Source: Paragordius varius | Lineage: Eukaryota > Animalia > Nematomorpha | Direction: 5' to 3' | Length of the DNA stretch: 64,000 bases | Assembly: GCA_964247055.1 (NCBI GenBank) | Contig: OZ176055.1 | Span: 2,790,001 to 2,854,000, forward strand | Part shown: one piece after another, positions 1-12,855 of the stretch | How the letters are laid out: every line of letters starts with the position of its first letter | How positions within the stretch are numbered: the first letter of the stretch is position 1 | Position numbers and translations under genes: made by a program | Notes under the pieces: generated by a model | What the model saw: only the letters and a program-made list of their open reading frames with translations | Database searches by the model: none | What the model was told of the DNA's origin: nothing

Positions 1-160
1 TGTAACTTTATATTACAAATTATTTAATGGTTTTTTTCAAAAATTAACCAGTTTCCGGGTATGTTACTTTTTTGACATAAAGGTATTTTAGTTTAAGATT
101 TGTAAATGTCATTTCAATCATTCAACATACTAGGGGTGTCTTTATTTAATTTATGTTTAG

Positions 161-816
161 GGTTGGAAGAAAGGATGTGTTTTTGTCAACAATTTTAATG
201 TTGGACGTTATTGGATTGGGATGGGTCCTCAACAAACGCTGTATGTTCCGGCACCACTCCTTAAGCCCGGTGTTAATGAAGTATTTTGTAAATTTATAAT
301 TGTCGCAATTTTTTGGTTAGTCTCTGGTTTCGGTTATATTTTTTATATTTTTGGAAAAAAGCCGTTTTGGACTAAAAAAGGATTTTTTATGCAGATATTT
401 TGGTTTTATTTCCATTATTTTTTACAAAATCTAACGATGGCTTTAATTTAGGTTTTTTTAGATTTATAGCCAAATTATTTACTACAATGTGTAAAATTAG
501 ATAAAAATTTTAAACATATTAAACAACAAAATTTTATGGTGCTATGTTTTTCTAAAAAAAGCATTATACAAACAAAAGAATATCATTATGTATAATCTAA
601 AAATAAAATCATATTTTTGGATACATTTACAAAAAATTAAGAAATAATCAAAGTAATTTGATTTAGAGCACCAAACATTTAACCATTTGTCGGAGTTAAT
701 AATTTTTTAATAATATTATTATATATTTTATTATTTAGATTATAGTGTGGGAAACTGAGCATGCTGGAAGTACGATACAATTTTCTAATGGACATATTTG
801 GACTGCTAAATCCTAA
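161..816 (+). CDS. Beta-galactosidase (glycoside hydrolase family 35, GLB1/GLB1L-like), last two exons; gene begins upstream of the window
   Basis: Exons 161-280 and 739-816 with AG/GT borders, both phase 0, translate to [40 protein letters not shown]|[25 protein letters not shown]. This matches the GH35 C-terminal pattern GWxKG..NxGRYW..GPQxTLYVP..L..GxNEI.VxE. Confidence 0.88.
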
Positions 817-1474
817 TTTTTGATCTTATTCTATATGCTATGTTACACAAATTCGACATTCCGCATATTAATCGCTATAATTTCTAACTTACAAATCGAA
901 AATCTGTGCATTTATATTATTTATTTTCTGTGATAAACTTTTTAAGGTGCTTTTTTACATGCCAGTATTATATTTCAAATTTTCTATACAGTAACGAGCA
1001 CTTTTATAGGCCATTGTATTTTGAATGGCTTAAAGGGTATTTAATTTACTTGTCTGAGTAGCTATGTATAAGATTTTTGGGTTTTATAAGTTACATTTCG
1101 AAAATTGTGGAGAAAAACTTTAGTGCTTAATTATACAAATAACTAACAAAATGAAATATTTCATACATAGCAACAGACATTAAATTAATCTTTTTAGCCA
1201 TTCATTGATCGGCACTTTTTATTTTGGGGATTGATAATATATATACAATCATTATTGATCATATTTATTTAAACATTTATTTATATTTTGGCAATATAAT
1301 ATATTATATATTAAAGTTTTAGCTCACACATATTGGGATAAAATGCAATTTTGTAGCTAATAAATTTGGTCATCTAATATATTCGTATTAAAAATGGAAT
1401 TTTATCTTTCGGTTTTAGGGGTGTTTATTATCCATAAATTGTGTAGAATGATTAAAATAAATGGAACTATCATA

Positions 1475-1750
1475 CAGTTAAAATTATTACAGACAGAACG
1501 TAAAAACATAAAGACACAAAAGTTATTTTCAAAAGACCATACTTCTTTAAATCCTAATTTTATGTACACAAATTATTTATTTACAATTATAACATCATAA
1601 TTGATTACAGTAACAATTTACATCTCTATTTATATTATTATAAAACAATGAGTTAGTTTTATTTTAAAAATCAAAAAGTACAACGGTCTTTAAGAAAAAA
1701 GTATTTGTCCTTATTTTTTCACGTTGTCTGTATAATTTTTATTTTTACTG
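1475..1750. mobile_element. ~280-bp MITE with long imperfect TIRs (CAGT...ACTG) flanked by TA; Tc1/mariner-like, family R1
   Basis: Left arm cagttaaaattattacagacagaacgtaaaaa...aaaagacc; right arm ggtcttt...cacgttgtctgtataatttttatttttactg. TA lies on both sides, and homologous copies occur at 15984, 16671 and 27023. Confidence 0.7.
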
Positions 1751-1761
1751 TAAATATCGGA

Positions 1762-4700
1762 TTAATCAATTATTTCACAGATAACTTGCAAGCCAGGCCT
1801 GGGATAATTACTAATATTTTTATTGAATCGTGTATTTTCAGGGGTTCTAGGGTAAAAATCACCATCGCATAACCGAAACCTTAAACCCGAACAAAGCATC
1901 AAAGCTAAAATCGTTTTGATTTCTAACATAGCGAAACGCATGCCCAAGCAGTTTCGTGGCCCCTGTCCGAATGGCATAAAATTGTATTGTGCATCTCGGT
2001 TCTTTCTAGCATTCAATGATTATATAAAGCCCCACAAGAAATGTTAGTAAAATTTAAATTACTAGATAAAAAATGAAAGGAAAAGCTAAACTGTATATTT
2101 TTAAAACAATAAGGCGCGCAAGTATATTTTATCATATCAAAAATCGGTAAATTAGGGTTGGGTCTAATTGGTTTTAATTTTGACGTATCACCTTTATAAA
2201 CGTAAAAAACTCTTTGAAATTAATCCAAAATATGGCATAAAAAATAGTTTTTTAAAATTTGATCATTTCTTATAAACTTATTGGGATTAATTTAATTTAC
2301 GTTACAACGATATAAACATGGATATATTATATGATCTTTTTAACGGTATATCACTCAATGTTTTCTGACCTACCTAAACCCCAACATTAGTCATATATTT
2401 GAAAACATTTACTCTGCGCTTTGGAATCGTTCAGGGATAAAATGGTCTGGGTTACTCCAAATTTCTGGATTCCTATGAACTTGGCAAATTGGAATTTGAA
2501 TAACTGTATCCTTTTTTATTTGGAGTACATTAGGGTAGTAATTATCATTTCGTTCAACAGTTAATTGACAATCTTCCGAAGCGATACGATCAACAAATAT
2601 GGCCGGTGGGTGTAACCTTAAAACTTCTTTTATTACGCATTCCATATAATTAAATTCCAATATTTGGGAATATTCAATGGTAATTTCCCTTCCAATGTTG
2701 TAATCCTTATCTGTAAAAAATAAAAAATTTATTATTACTAAACGTGGGTTAATTAGACAAAAACCAGTAAAACTGGAAATTAATTTTTATTTTATCATTT
2801 TATATTTATTGGAAATTTATGCTTAGGCTTATTTTTTCCTGCGAAATCATACTTTTCATAATATAATTCCGCTTGTTACTTGTTCCTAAAGTATTTCCCA
2901 ATTTTTAACCGCTAATTTCGATTTAGCATTAAAGGATATTTAATATAAGAATATGAACAAATATTTGGAGACCCATTTTTATAAACAACATACCCAAAAC
3001 TTTATATATTTCCTGCCTCATTCGCTCCTGTATTTCAGGGTGCCATGCCAGCGTGTGAATAATCCAACTCAAGGCTGTGGAAGTTGAATCATATCCTGCT
3101 ATGAAGAATAAAATGGAATTGGAAATTATTTCTTGTTTAGATAAGCCGATTAATCCATCACCGCTTTCCTTATTTTGTCCATATGATCCTTTTTTATGTG
3201 TTGTAATTCCATTGCTTTTAAAATCTTTCATTATCAAATCATCGTTCCCTACATAGCCTGCTTCCTTGATATTAGTCTGTTTTTGGGTGTTTTCAAACCT
3301 GGATTCTTCATACATTTCATGTGCATCCAAAAGTATTTGCAAATAATCTTTTCTATTATTTATAATAAAATTAATGTGTTCACATTTTAATTCACTCCTT
3401 AAACCTCTGAAAATTTCAAATTTTTTATTATGATTATATAGGTTAAATTGACTCGTAACTGTTTGTTTTTGGCATAATTCATCTTTCTTATGAATTAGAG
3501 GTGATTAATTAAAATGCTTTAATTATTAAAACTAGGCACCTAACAAAAATACTCGTTATTTAATTATTTATTGAAAAATCAACAAAATACTTCATAGGCT
3601 AAAGTGAAACTTAAAAAAACAACAAAAATTTCCAAGATGTTTAAACTTCATTATTTTATTTGAGTCATTATATATTGTTATTTTAGGGTAAATTAAATGT
3701 TTAAGGGGTCTATTTAGGGTGTCAATGGTGTAAAGCAGGGGTGTCCAACAAGGTACTCGCGAGCCACTAGTGGCTCATAGAAAATTTTGAGTGGCTCTTT
3801 GAAAATTTAGAAAAAATACATTTTTTAAAAAAAAAATAATTTCTATTTTTTTAAATTTTTTATATGTAAATTATGCATTTTCATTTTGACATTTAATTTT
3901 TAGAAACTTTCAATAAAATTCTTTATTAAAAATATCTATCATCGCATTCATTTAATCATTTAAACACATTTTTTCCGCATGTTATTTCCAACTTCAAAAT
4001 GAAAATTTTCATATTAAATTAAAACATTAAATTACTTGCAAAAAATAGGTATTTAAAATAATTTATTTAGCTTTTATACCAATACTGGGAACTATAATTA
4101 AGGTCCATTGAAAAATTAAATTACATGCAAAGAATAGGTATTTAAAATAATTTATTTAGTTTTCATACCAATACTGGGAATTATAATTTGGGTCCATTGA
4201 AAAATTAAATTACTTGCAAAAAAAATAGGTATAAATAATTTCTTTAGCTTTCAATATGCATAAATCTAAAAATGTAATTTGAAAATACAATCCCGACTGG
4301 GAATTTAAATAAGGGTTTATTCAAATTTTCAACAAAGCGGAGTGCCTTATTTGCAAATTTACGACAAACGGGTTTCGCGAAATATTAAAAAGACATGCCA
4401 ATACCATGCATTTGGATTTCCTAAATATAACTACAGAAATGAAAAGAATAAATTAAAATCTCTAAAAAATATTAATAATCTCTAACCAACAATTTCATTC
4501 ACGCAACCTTATCCAATAGTAAAGGAAAGTTACATTGTTGCCATTTTACTCGTCAAAAAAATGAAGCCTTATTCTGATGGTGAGTTTGTAAAGGAATGCG
4601 TTTGGAAATTATAAAATGTGTTTTGCCTAATAAAGTTGAATTAATCCAGTATAAGTCTTTCGCGCAATAATATGTGTCGTCGAATTACAGACATCGCAGA

Positions 4701-6986
4701 AGAAATTCAACTTTCCCTAAAAGAAAGAATTCAAATGTGGCGTTTTCCTTATCATTTGATGAAAGCACAGATATAACAATTGGTAGTCTTTATTCGAGGG
4801 ATAGATGAATTTTTTAATATAACAGAAGATATGTTAGGCTTACTTCCGATGAAAAATACAACTAAGGGAGATGATATATTTCATGCAATTTTAAAATGTA
4901 TTGAGGACAATAAATTAAATATGAGGGCGCTATCTTGTTTGACAACAGATGTGCCCCAGCTATGATGGGAAAAAACAAGGGAACCGTGAAATTATCGTTA
5001 AGTAAGATGGAATCCGATGGTATTAATATTGACCATATATATATATATATATATAATGCATGGCATGCACTGTGAAAATCTCTGCGCACATGCTCTGACA
5101 ATGGACAATGTAATGACCGTTGTTATGAAAGTATTTTTTCTAAAATGAAATACACAAAATCTCTTTCACGTTCTTTATTAACTGATGAAAACTTGGATAA
5201 TGTATTGAGATGTGCTGTTTCAAATATTGATATAGATCTGAATGAATTAAAGAAAAAAAAACAAATATCCCATAAAAAATTAATAATGCAATGAAAAATA
5301 TAGACATTTTCCTCGACAACAATCATGTGCAAGAGATTTTTACGGTGTCAATGCATTATATATATTTGATCATATTTATGGCATCGGTTTTCATCTTACC
5401 CTTGTTTTTTCCCATCGTGAATGGGCACCAATCGTTATCAAACAAGACAGGCTCATATTTAACTCAATATATTTTAAATTGCATGATTATCATCTCCCTT
5501 TAAGAAGGTAACATTTCTTTTGTAGAGACTATCAATTGAGGATGCTAATATATGTGCTTTTATGTACTTTCTTTTAAGTCAGGTCCATTGCATGATTCAT
5601 CGTGATCTTGTATCGCGCGATACTTAAAACTCATTTTATAATTTCATGTACGCACCTCATGATAAACTCGCTGTCTGAATAAATAAGGTTACATTTTGGC
5701 GATTAAATTCGCCACAGTCTACTCTAGTCAAACTATCAAATTGCAATAAGTTTACCTATCCATGTATTTTTATCTTTTTTTTACACATTGATATAATTTA
5801 ATTAGCAAAGCATTATTATATTCATACTGTTTTTTTATATGCAAAATGGCACATCTATATGTTAATATAATAAATTTATTTGGTACCAATGTCTTGATAT
5901 ATATAAATAAAAAGTGGCTCTTTGGAATTTTGAGGTCGAAAAGGTGGCTCTTCAAGCCATTTGTGTTGGACACCTCTGGTGTAAAGCCATATCTAATGCG
6001 TAGAATACTAGAAAATAGTAAAAAAGTAATACCTTTTTATTTTATTCTGGAGGCGTTGTTCAATACTTTTTTCCACAACATTCGCAAAATAATCAAAGGT
6101 AGATATATTAGTCATTGGCAAAGGAATGTATCGTAATAATAAAGCCACCAACGGAAAAAGCGTTGCTAGCATGTAAATGGGCGATGTTATTTCCAACTCA
6201 AATATTTTGTTCGCTTGTCTAATTCAAAAATAAATTTATAATCGATTTTTATTAAAAGATCTCTGGCTTAGCCAAAAATAGATTATAAAATTGCCGTTAC
6301 TTTATAAAATTTTCTGTCATATGTGAATCAATATCAATCCCAAATGCTACGGATGATATACTTCTCATACTGAATCTTCCCATGATTTTCTTTACATCGA
6401 TCGTGATACATTTCTTAACCTTATTTTCTTGGTTTATGGTATTGGAGTTATTTTCATAACCATCTATTTCATTTCTTAGTTCTTTCACTATTTTAGCGGC
6501 ACATGCCAACACGATTGGGTAAATGTTACTTTTTATCCGTGCAGAAGTAAAAGTTGGCATTATAGCTCTTCTGGCATGCATCCATTCATCATCCAAAGTT
6601 GTGAATACAGATTTCCCCAAAAATTGACGGCCTAACGGGAATCTCCGACGGTTAGGAAATGTTGAGAACCGACTAACTAATATTTGACGAAGTAGGCTTG
6701 GTTCAGATACTACTAGGGATAGGGATGACCCTTCCGCTATAACGTATATATGGCCAAGTTTTTTGCCCCATTTAGCAAAACACAATTGTGGTCCATATAA
6801 ATACACCCATAACTGAGTACCGAAATAAGGCAGAGTTATTGGGTGAGGTAACCTATACTTGCGTATACTGAGAACTGGAAGAAATCCATACGAAATGGTT
6901 ATACCAATCAATATGGTCCATAATAATATTAGAATTTGGGAGATATAGTTGTGATATCTAAAATAGTTAATTAAATAATCTAACAT
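1762..6986 (-). CDS. Cytochrome P450, CYP3 clan (CYP3A/CYP5A-like), 5 exons, 590 aa
   Basis: Exons 6986-6301, 6218-6033, 3352-2994, 2710-2413, 2005-1762 (1773 nt; GT-AG introns, phases 2,2,1,2). The protein has an N-terminal TM anchor with PHP..LP..G hinge, C-helix EWMHARRAIMPTFTSARIK, KRKDYLQILLDA, I-helix FFIAGYDSTST, K-helix KEVLRLHPP, PERF, and heme motif FGQGPRNCLG. Confidence 0.95.
3736..5978 (+). mobile_element. Degenerate hAT transposon (Charlie/SPIN, GTF2IRD2-like transposase) in P450 intron 2, antisense to the host gene
   Basis: 15-bp TIRs CAGGGGTGTCCAACA / TGTTGGACACCTCTG (1 mismatch) and a perfect 8-bp TSD GTGTAAAG at 3728-3735 and 5979-5986. Frameshifted transposase remnants at ~4330-5290 include AECLIC, KPYSDGEFVKEC, FDESTDIT, LVVFIRGID, TKGDDIF, LTTD, and RSLLTDENLDNVLRCAVS, with a large internal deletion. 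Confidence 0.92.
4026..4250. repeat. 89-bp tandem repeat (~2.5 copies) in the hAT subterminal region
   Basis: attaaattac(t/a)tgcaaa...ataggtat...ccaatactgggaa...ggtccattgaaaa recurs at 4026, 4115 and 4204. Confidence 0.8.
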
Positions 6987-7542
6987 GACATAAATATTTA
7001 ATATATAGAATCAATATATAAACACTCCAAAATTTATATTTATGCTTTTAGATTCTGATTTGTGATTTAATTTATGCATGATAACTTGTTATTGTTTATA
7101 TTTTAGGTATAATATATAATCAAGGTTAGATCTTTATTTTTTGAAAAATTTATGGTTTATATTGTTGTCATTATGAACAAATTATTATTAAATCATAATA
7201 TTCGCTCTAAAACAAAAATCGTTAGACGAAGTCATGTTTTGCACATTTTTTATAATAAGATTAATTATGTAAAATAAAATTTTTTGATTCTTTTGTAAAA
7301 AAATTCCAATATATTTTATGCATTATATGGCTCAATAAAAATGTAAAGTGGCAGAACATTAAGTATTGAATCATTATTATTTTATAGGTATTTAGAAAAA
7401 AATCTATAAACTATGATTTTAATAAATTTAAATCCAGCCCAAAAAATCAATTCGAACCAGTAATAGCGTGCGCAACGACATAACGATCGATATAATTATT
7501 TTTAAAGACTAAATTAAAACTGGATTGTTCAATACCTTAGGG

Positions 7543-8744
7543 CAGGGCACTATGGATCGCGACTCCATTAAGGGTCGCGTAGCAAAATTATGGGGAGTGA
7601 TAAAAATACAATCAAATGTTTTTTAACTAGTAAAGTTATTGTTATAAAGAAAAATAACAATCATTGTAGAACTATATCTAAAATCTTCTGGTTCGGAAAG
7701 ACTGTTTTTACCAGTATTTCTATTGTGATCATTATTATAATCTATATATTTATAAAAATGGAAAATGCTGGATGTGTGATTTCCCGGAAAACCGGTAGTA
7801 CCATTCAAATCCATATTTTTCACTTTTTTTGATTGCGATATCTAGTCGGTATTACTTTTAATTTAGGCTCTCTTTTTACCCGTTCCCCCCTTAAAGAACT
7901 ATTTTTTTGACGGTTAAAATTCACTGAGGATTCAAATTATTTTCTGTTAAAAGGCAAAAATCCTAGTCAGGCGTTTCTTTGATGATAGCTGCTGAGTAAG
8001 GAGCTACCCGCGAAAAACTGAATGGTATCAAAGGTGATTCCAAATATTTGCCGTATAAAGGCAAAGTATTTAACTCAGGGCTTTTTCCATATAGATCTAT
8101 GGGTAGGGGCCTACTGGTTTAAAACTGAGACGCCATACAAAATGGGCATAGTTTTGGAGCTAATTTCTAAAAACTTGAGAAGCCATACAAGTTCAGTTAA
8201 ACACATTTCTGGGAAATTTATATAATTACATTCTTTCCTTTAAAAGGAGACCACAAATGATTTACCTTTTATATCCCTTGATCCCAGCTGTATAACATTC
8301 AAATTAGAACTTTTACCATGATTTCGTATAACGAAAATTTTAAAATAAATCCAATGATAGTTAAAAACTTTAATAAGGGACAGATTAAATATGGTCATTG
8401 ATTACACAATATTTCAGCCTATGCAAAAACCCGTAAAAGAATAATTAAAGAGTTCTTTTAAATATGTTTATTTTGTAAATTATTAAGAATAATTATCGGT
8501 GAGACTACGCCACACCTAAGCGTGACGTGGCCAGCAAGTATCTTGAAATTCAATATAATGTTATAGAAATTTATGAAAAATGTAGATTTATCTTTGTCAA
8601 TCTCTCAAAACCGAAATATTATGATTAATATTATTATTCTAAGTGTTATTTCATAAAAACTCTTATTTTTTTATATGTGTTGAGGCATTAAGAAACTCCC
8701 AATCATAAATGGGGTCGGAAACTACAAAAATTTAAGAAGCCCTG
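7543..8744. mobile_element. Non-autonomous hAT element (~400 bp once the nested Helitron is removed)
   Basis: Termini CAGGGC... / ...GCCCTG; 8-bp TSD ccttaggg (7535-7542) vs ccctaggg (8745-8752); Charlie-like subterminal text ggggtcg...aaaaatttaagaagccctg. Confidence 0.75.
7741..8538 (+). mobile_element. Non-autonomous Helitron-like element, copy 1, nested in the hAT MITE
   Basis: A|TCTATATATTTATAAAAATGGAAAATGCTGG 5' end, the same as the 37598 element. Internal homology to the array monomer and to 51100-51215 (reverse complement). Putative 3' end is the hairpin GCCAC...GTGGC followed by CAAG|T, a variant of CTAG. Confidence 0.65.
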
Positions 8745-10451
8745 CCCTAGGGCAACCTCTTTAGGATTTTCATTTGCCAATACGTTAGATATGCCGTCCT
8801 ATATATGATTATAGTGTGCATATTGACTCTAATTTTCTTTTGAAGCAATCCAACTACCACTGCTAAAAAAAAATTCTTAAACTCAGTTTTTTTTTAATTT
8901 TATTGCTAAAGCTGATTTTAAACTGTTAAATAATACAGTACACATAAAATATCTTAATAAAATATATATTTTTTAATAGAAAAATGCACAAAGATTCTCA
9001 TAGTGCTTGTTTTTGGTTTACGAGTGATGTGAGATTATTTGCACTTTTGTGGTAATTTCTCGATATAAAAAATCGAATTGGCGACATCATACTTCATAAT
9101 TAAAAGCGAAACAATTGTTTTATCAAATTATGATTTATAAATGTAGATTCCGAAAATTTATTTTTACCCCTTAAAAATAATATAGTCTTCAATAATGGCC
9201 AGATGCATGATAAGAATCTTTACATATGCTAGAATTAATAAAAAAAATGGTTTAAAAAATTGAATTTGTTTAAAAAATTATTTTTATGGAATTTAAACTA
9301 TCCATTCCAAATTCTTCCTATTTTTATATTTTCTTAAAAAATACTTTTTTAAAGCATCCAAAATCGGTGGTAATAAAAATATCATGATGAAATATATAAA
9401 GTGATCGATAAATGTATCACGGATCTCATGGTGATTTTGGTTTTGGAGGTCTACGAGGGATATAAAAAGTTATATCCGCTTTTGTGGTATTTGCTCGATA
9501 TCGTAAATTGCAAAATTATCGATTATGTTGATAAAATTTTTCTTGCCAAAAAATTCTAAATTCAAAAAAATTTTAAAATATGTGTTATACTTATACCATA
9601 TAAAGGCAAAACAAATTTTTATAAAATACTAATTTAGATGTGCGTCCCGAAAGTCTAAATTTTTTTGCATTTGAATTCAGCTCTTAACACTTATGGCCTA
9701 AATCCCACCGCCAGTTAAAAAAACTTTTTGGAATTGAACCAAATTCATAAATATGCCTTTTTCACGTTTAAGCCTCATAATACAAATTTTTTTCAAAAAA
9801 TATAAAATTGTAGAAAACCCCAATCTCACACTTTTACGCCGCCATGTTTTTATTTTATTTGTTCATGAATACAACACGGAAATAACTGCATATTATAAAT
9901 AATTAATTTAGAGAAGCTTTTACAATTCACCAGCAAATTTGTGATATTTAATGATATAGAGCACTTACCACAAATCGTTTAAATAATTTTCTTATATTAC
10001 TCGTAAAGGCGTGTAAGATGGGACACGAAAAAGGAGATATTATTGTATATTAAAGGTTGGAATTATATCAAAAATATGTATATCACAAAAGGTTTTGTGT
10101 TGGGATTTAAATGTATTCAAATCAAATTTAGAAAGGTTAAGTACCTGTAAACTATACAATTCATAATATAATCGTACTAAAACGTTTGTTACGAGGTTTT
10201 TCACTAATATATTAATACATAGCGTTCAAATGACCTATTAATCTCTTTCAAAACGATGAGAAGAGTTACAAACATAACAGGGCCAATACTAAAAGTACCA
10301 TAATAATCCTAAATTTATTTAAATATATATATATATATATATATAAATCATCAGTAATTTTATGCCCCCTTAAGTATTTATTTTCACCCAAATACAAATT
10401 TCTTTTATTTTTAAAATTATTTTTTTATTTGTAACATACAGTTGTTTCTTT

Positions 10452-12855
10452 ATGGATATGGTAGATTCAAAACCAATATGTTTTATAGTTTTGGGCATGG
10501 CTGGATCTGGTAAAACAACGTTTGTGCAGGTAAAATATATGCTATAAATGCAGAAATTTTCAGAACATTTGCAAGAACAATGTCTAACGGTAAATCTTGA
10601 CCCAGCCGTGTTTCATGTTCCATATGTCCCTACAATTGATATAAGGAACTCTATAAATTACAAAGATGTTATGCATAAATACAATTTAGGGCCAAATGGA
10701 GGCATTATGACTTGCTTAAATCTGTTTACTACTAAAATGAGCGAAATTATTGGCTCGATTGAAGGCAAAAAACCAAAGTATGTCGTTTTTAGCTCTATAT
10801 TTTTTTGTCATTTTAAAATTGTTTTAATTTAGATACGCCATATTTGATACCCCTGGTCAGATAGAAGTGTTTACTTGGTCGGCATCTGGCACAATTATAA
10901 CTGAATCATTGGCATCCATCTTTCCTACTATAATTCTTTACATTATAGATATACCAGCCGTACAAAGTCATCAAACATTCATGTCAAATATGCTTTATGC
11001 ATGTAGCATTCTTTATAAAATGCGACTTCCTTTCATAATTGTTTTTAACAAATCTGATCTCGGTAAAGTGGCTTTTATTTTAATTTGTTTTTATTAGGGC
11101 ATTTTAAAATTGTTTTGAATTAACTCAATTTATTTGGTTAATAATATAATTATGATAGATTTTTATAAATACTATTAGTAAATTGGCATATTGCGCGATA
11201 ATTCTTATTGTTAACAAAAGTTTACTAGTTAATAATAAATTTAAAAAGTCGCAAAAAGTAAATATTAAATATACCATTTATACTTCATATTCACCTTAGA
11301 ACAATTCAAATTCAACAAATAAATTATGTGTAATTTATTAAATCTGTGTTTTTTTTTAAATGTAAATTTATTTACAATTAATATAATTGTGAATAAATAA
11401 TTCAATGCTATAAAGAAATAAATATTACAAATGATGAGTTAAATTAGCTCGAAAACACATAATTTTTATGGTATTTGTATTGTTCAAAGGCGTCTTTAAA
11501 AAACAAGGACATATTATGGATATGTGTCTATACAACTAGGCAAACTTGTAAATAAAATGTGCAGAAGTGTAAATGATAATCATTATCGCTTATAAGCCTA
11601 TTTACTCTAGCGGTAACAATAATTAACGGTTAACCTGCTTTTTCCAATTTTTTTATATTACCAAGAAACATATGCATTAACTTCCCTTCTTTTATCTAGC
11701 AAAGGATTGGTGAAGATGGTTTAAATCAAAATATTATGATTAGGTTTTTGATTCCCTTTGATCGCTTATGATTGCAGTCATTTACGGTTATAACCAGTCA
11801 ATCCACACCACAAAACACTAAAAGAAATTACCCTTTCATTTATTTTGAAATTTAACTTTGTTAATTTGGTTATACCATTTTTTGATAATTTGTATTAATT
11901 TGTGTTTAAAAATTACTTTCTATCTATTAAGTGATTACAGTCAGGGTATTCGTAAATGCTTTCATATTGGTTACGATTCTCGTTTTAATCATCATTCAAC
12001 TAATGTAGAATCCGGTGAACAAGCCAAATTATGGATGACAGATTATGAAGCTTTTCACAAAGCCCTAGCTGAAGATGACTCTTATTCTTCCAATCTCATG
12101 TATTCCCTTTCCCTAGTCCTTGATGATTTCTATAAGGTTTTTAGTTTTAGCCATGTTAATTTTTTAACATTTTTTACCTTCAATTTTTAAGCCATCGTAA
12201 AAATCACGGGAAAGCCTTAAAAAAATTAATTTTTAGGAAATAAGAAATATTACTTTTATTAGTCGGATTTAAGCGAAAAAAATGAGCACGAATTCGTCAA
12301 AGCGTTTTTAACCAATCCTTAATTTGGCGCAAAAGTTAAAAAAAGTATCGTACTGCCCACAAACATTGCTTTATGTCAAATTATATAAGAAATTATTTTT
12401 GCAGATAACGTAAATTTTAAATTTCTTTATATATTATATATCTAATCATATAAAAACAATTGGCGTTTATGTGTTAGGTTATTCAATCTGTTGAAGTTTC
12501 CTCTAAAACTGGTTTTGGTCTTGAACAATTGTTGGATAAAATACCTTCAGCCATTACAGAATATAAAGAGTAAGTGTACATAGATTTTAAATAAAATAAT
12601 CATAAATTACAATTTTATCATTTATTTTAACGTATTTTTTTATAATACTCTATAAATATATGTGGTTAACGTAATTTCATACATATATTTGTTTACAAAA
12701 TTTATAATATTACGTTCTCATACTTAAAAATAATTAATAAGATTCTTTAATTTAAACTAATTACTGTTGCTTTTTATGCCCACAGATATTTCAAACAGCG
12801 ACAAAATCAAAAAGCTTCACATGAAACTCAAATTCCGAACCCATTGGAATCTTAG
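10452..12855 (+). CDS. GPN1: GPN-loop GTPase 1 (XAB1/Npa3), 6 exons, 273 aa
   Basis: Exons 10452-10529, 10554-10777, 10833-11062, 12009-12136, 12478-12569, 12786-12855 (822 nt, phases 0,2,1,0,2). Motifs: [90 protein letters not shown]. Confidence 0.96.

Noticed and set aside
1394-1600. Short ORFs of 60-100 aa rich in F/I/K/N/Y across intergenic regions (e.g. 1394, 5846, 13682, 19472, 21806, 54413, 60776)
   Set aside because: They have the composition expected of random AT-rich frames, often overlap MITEs or repeats, and have no recognisable motifs or splice-consistent partners.
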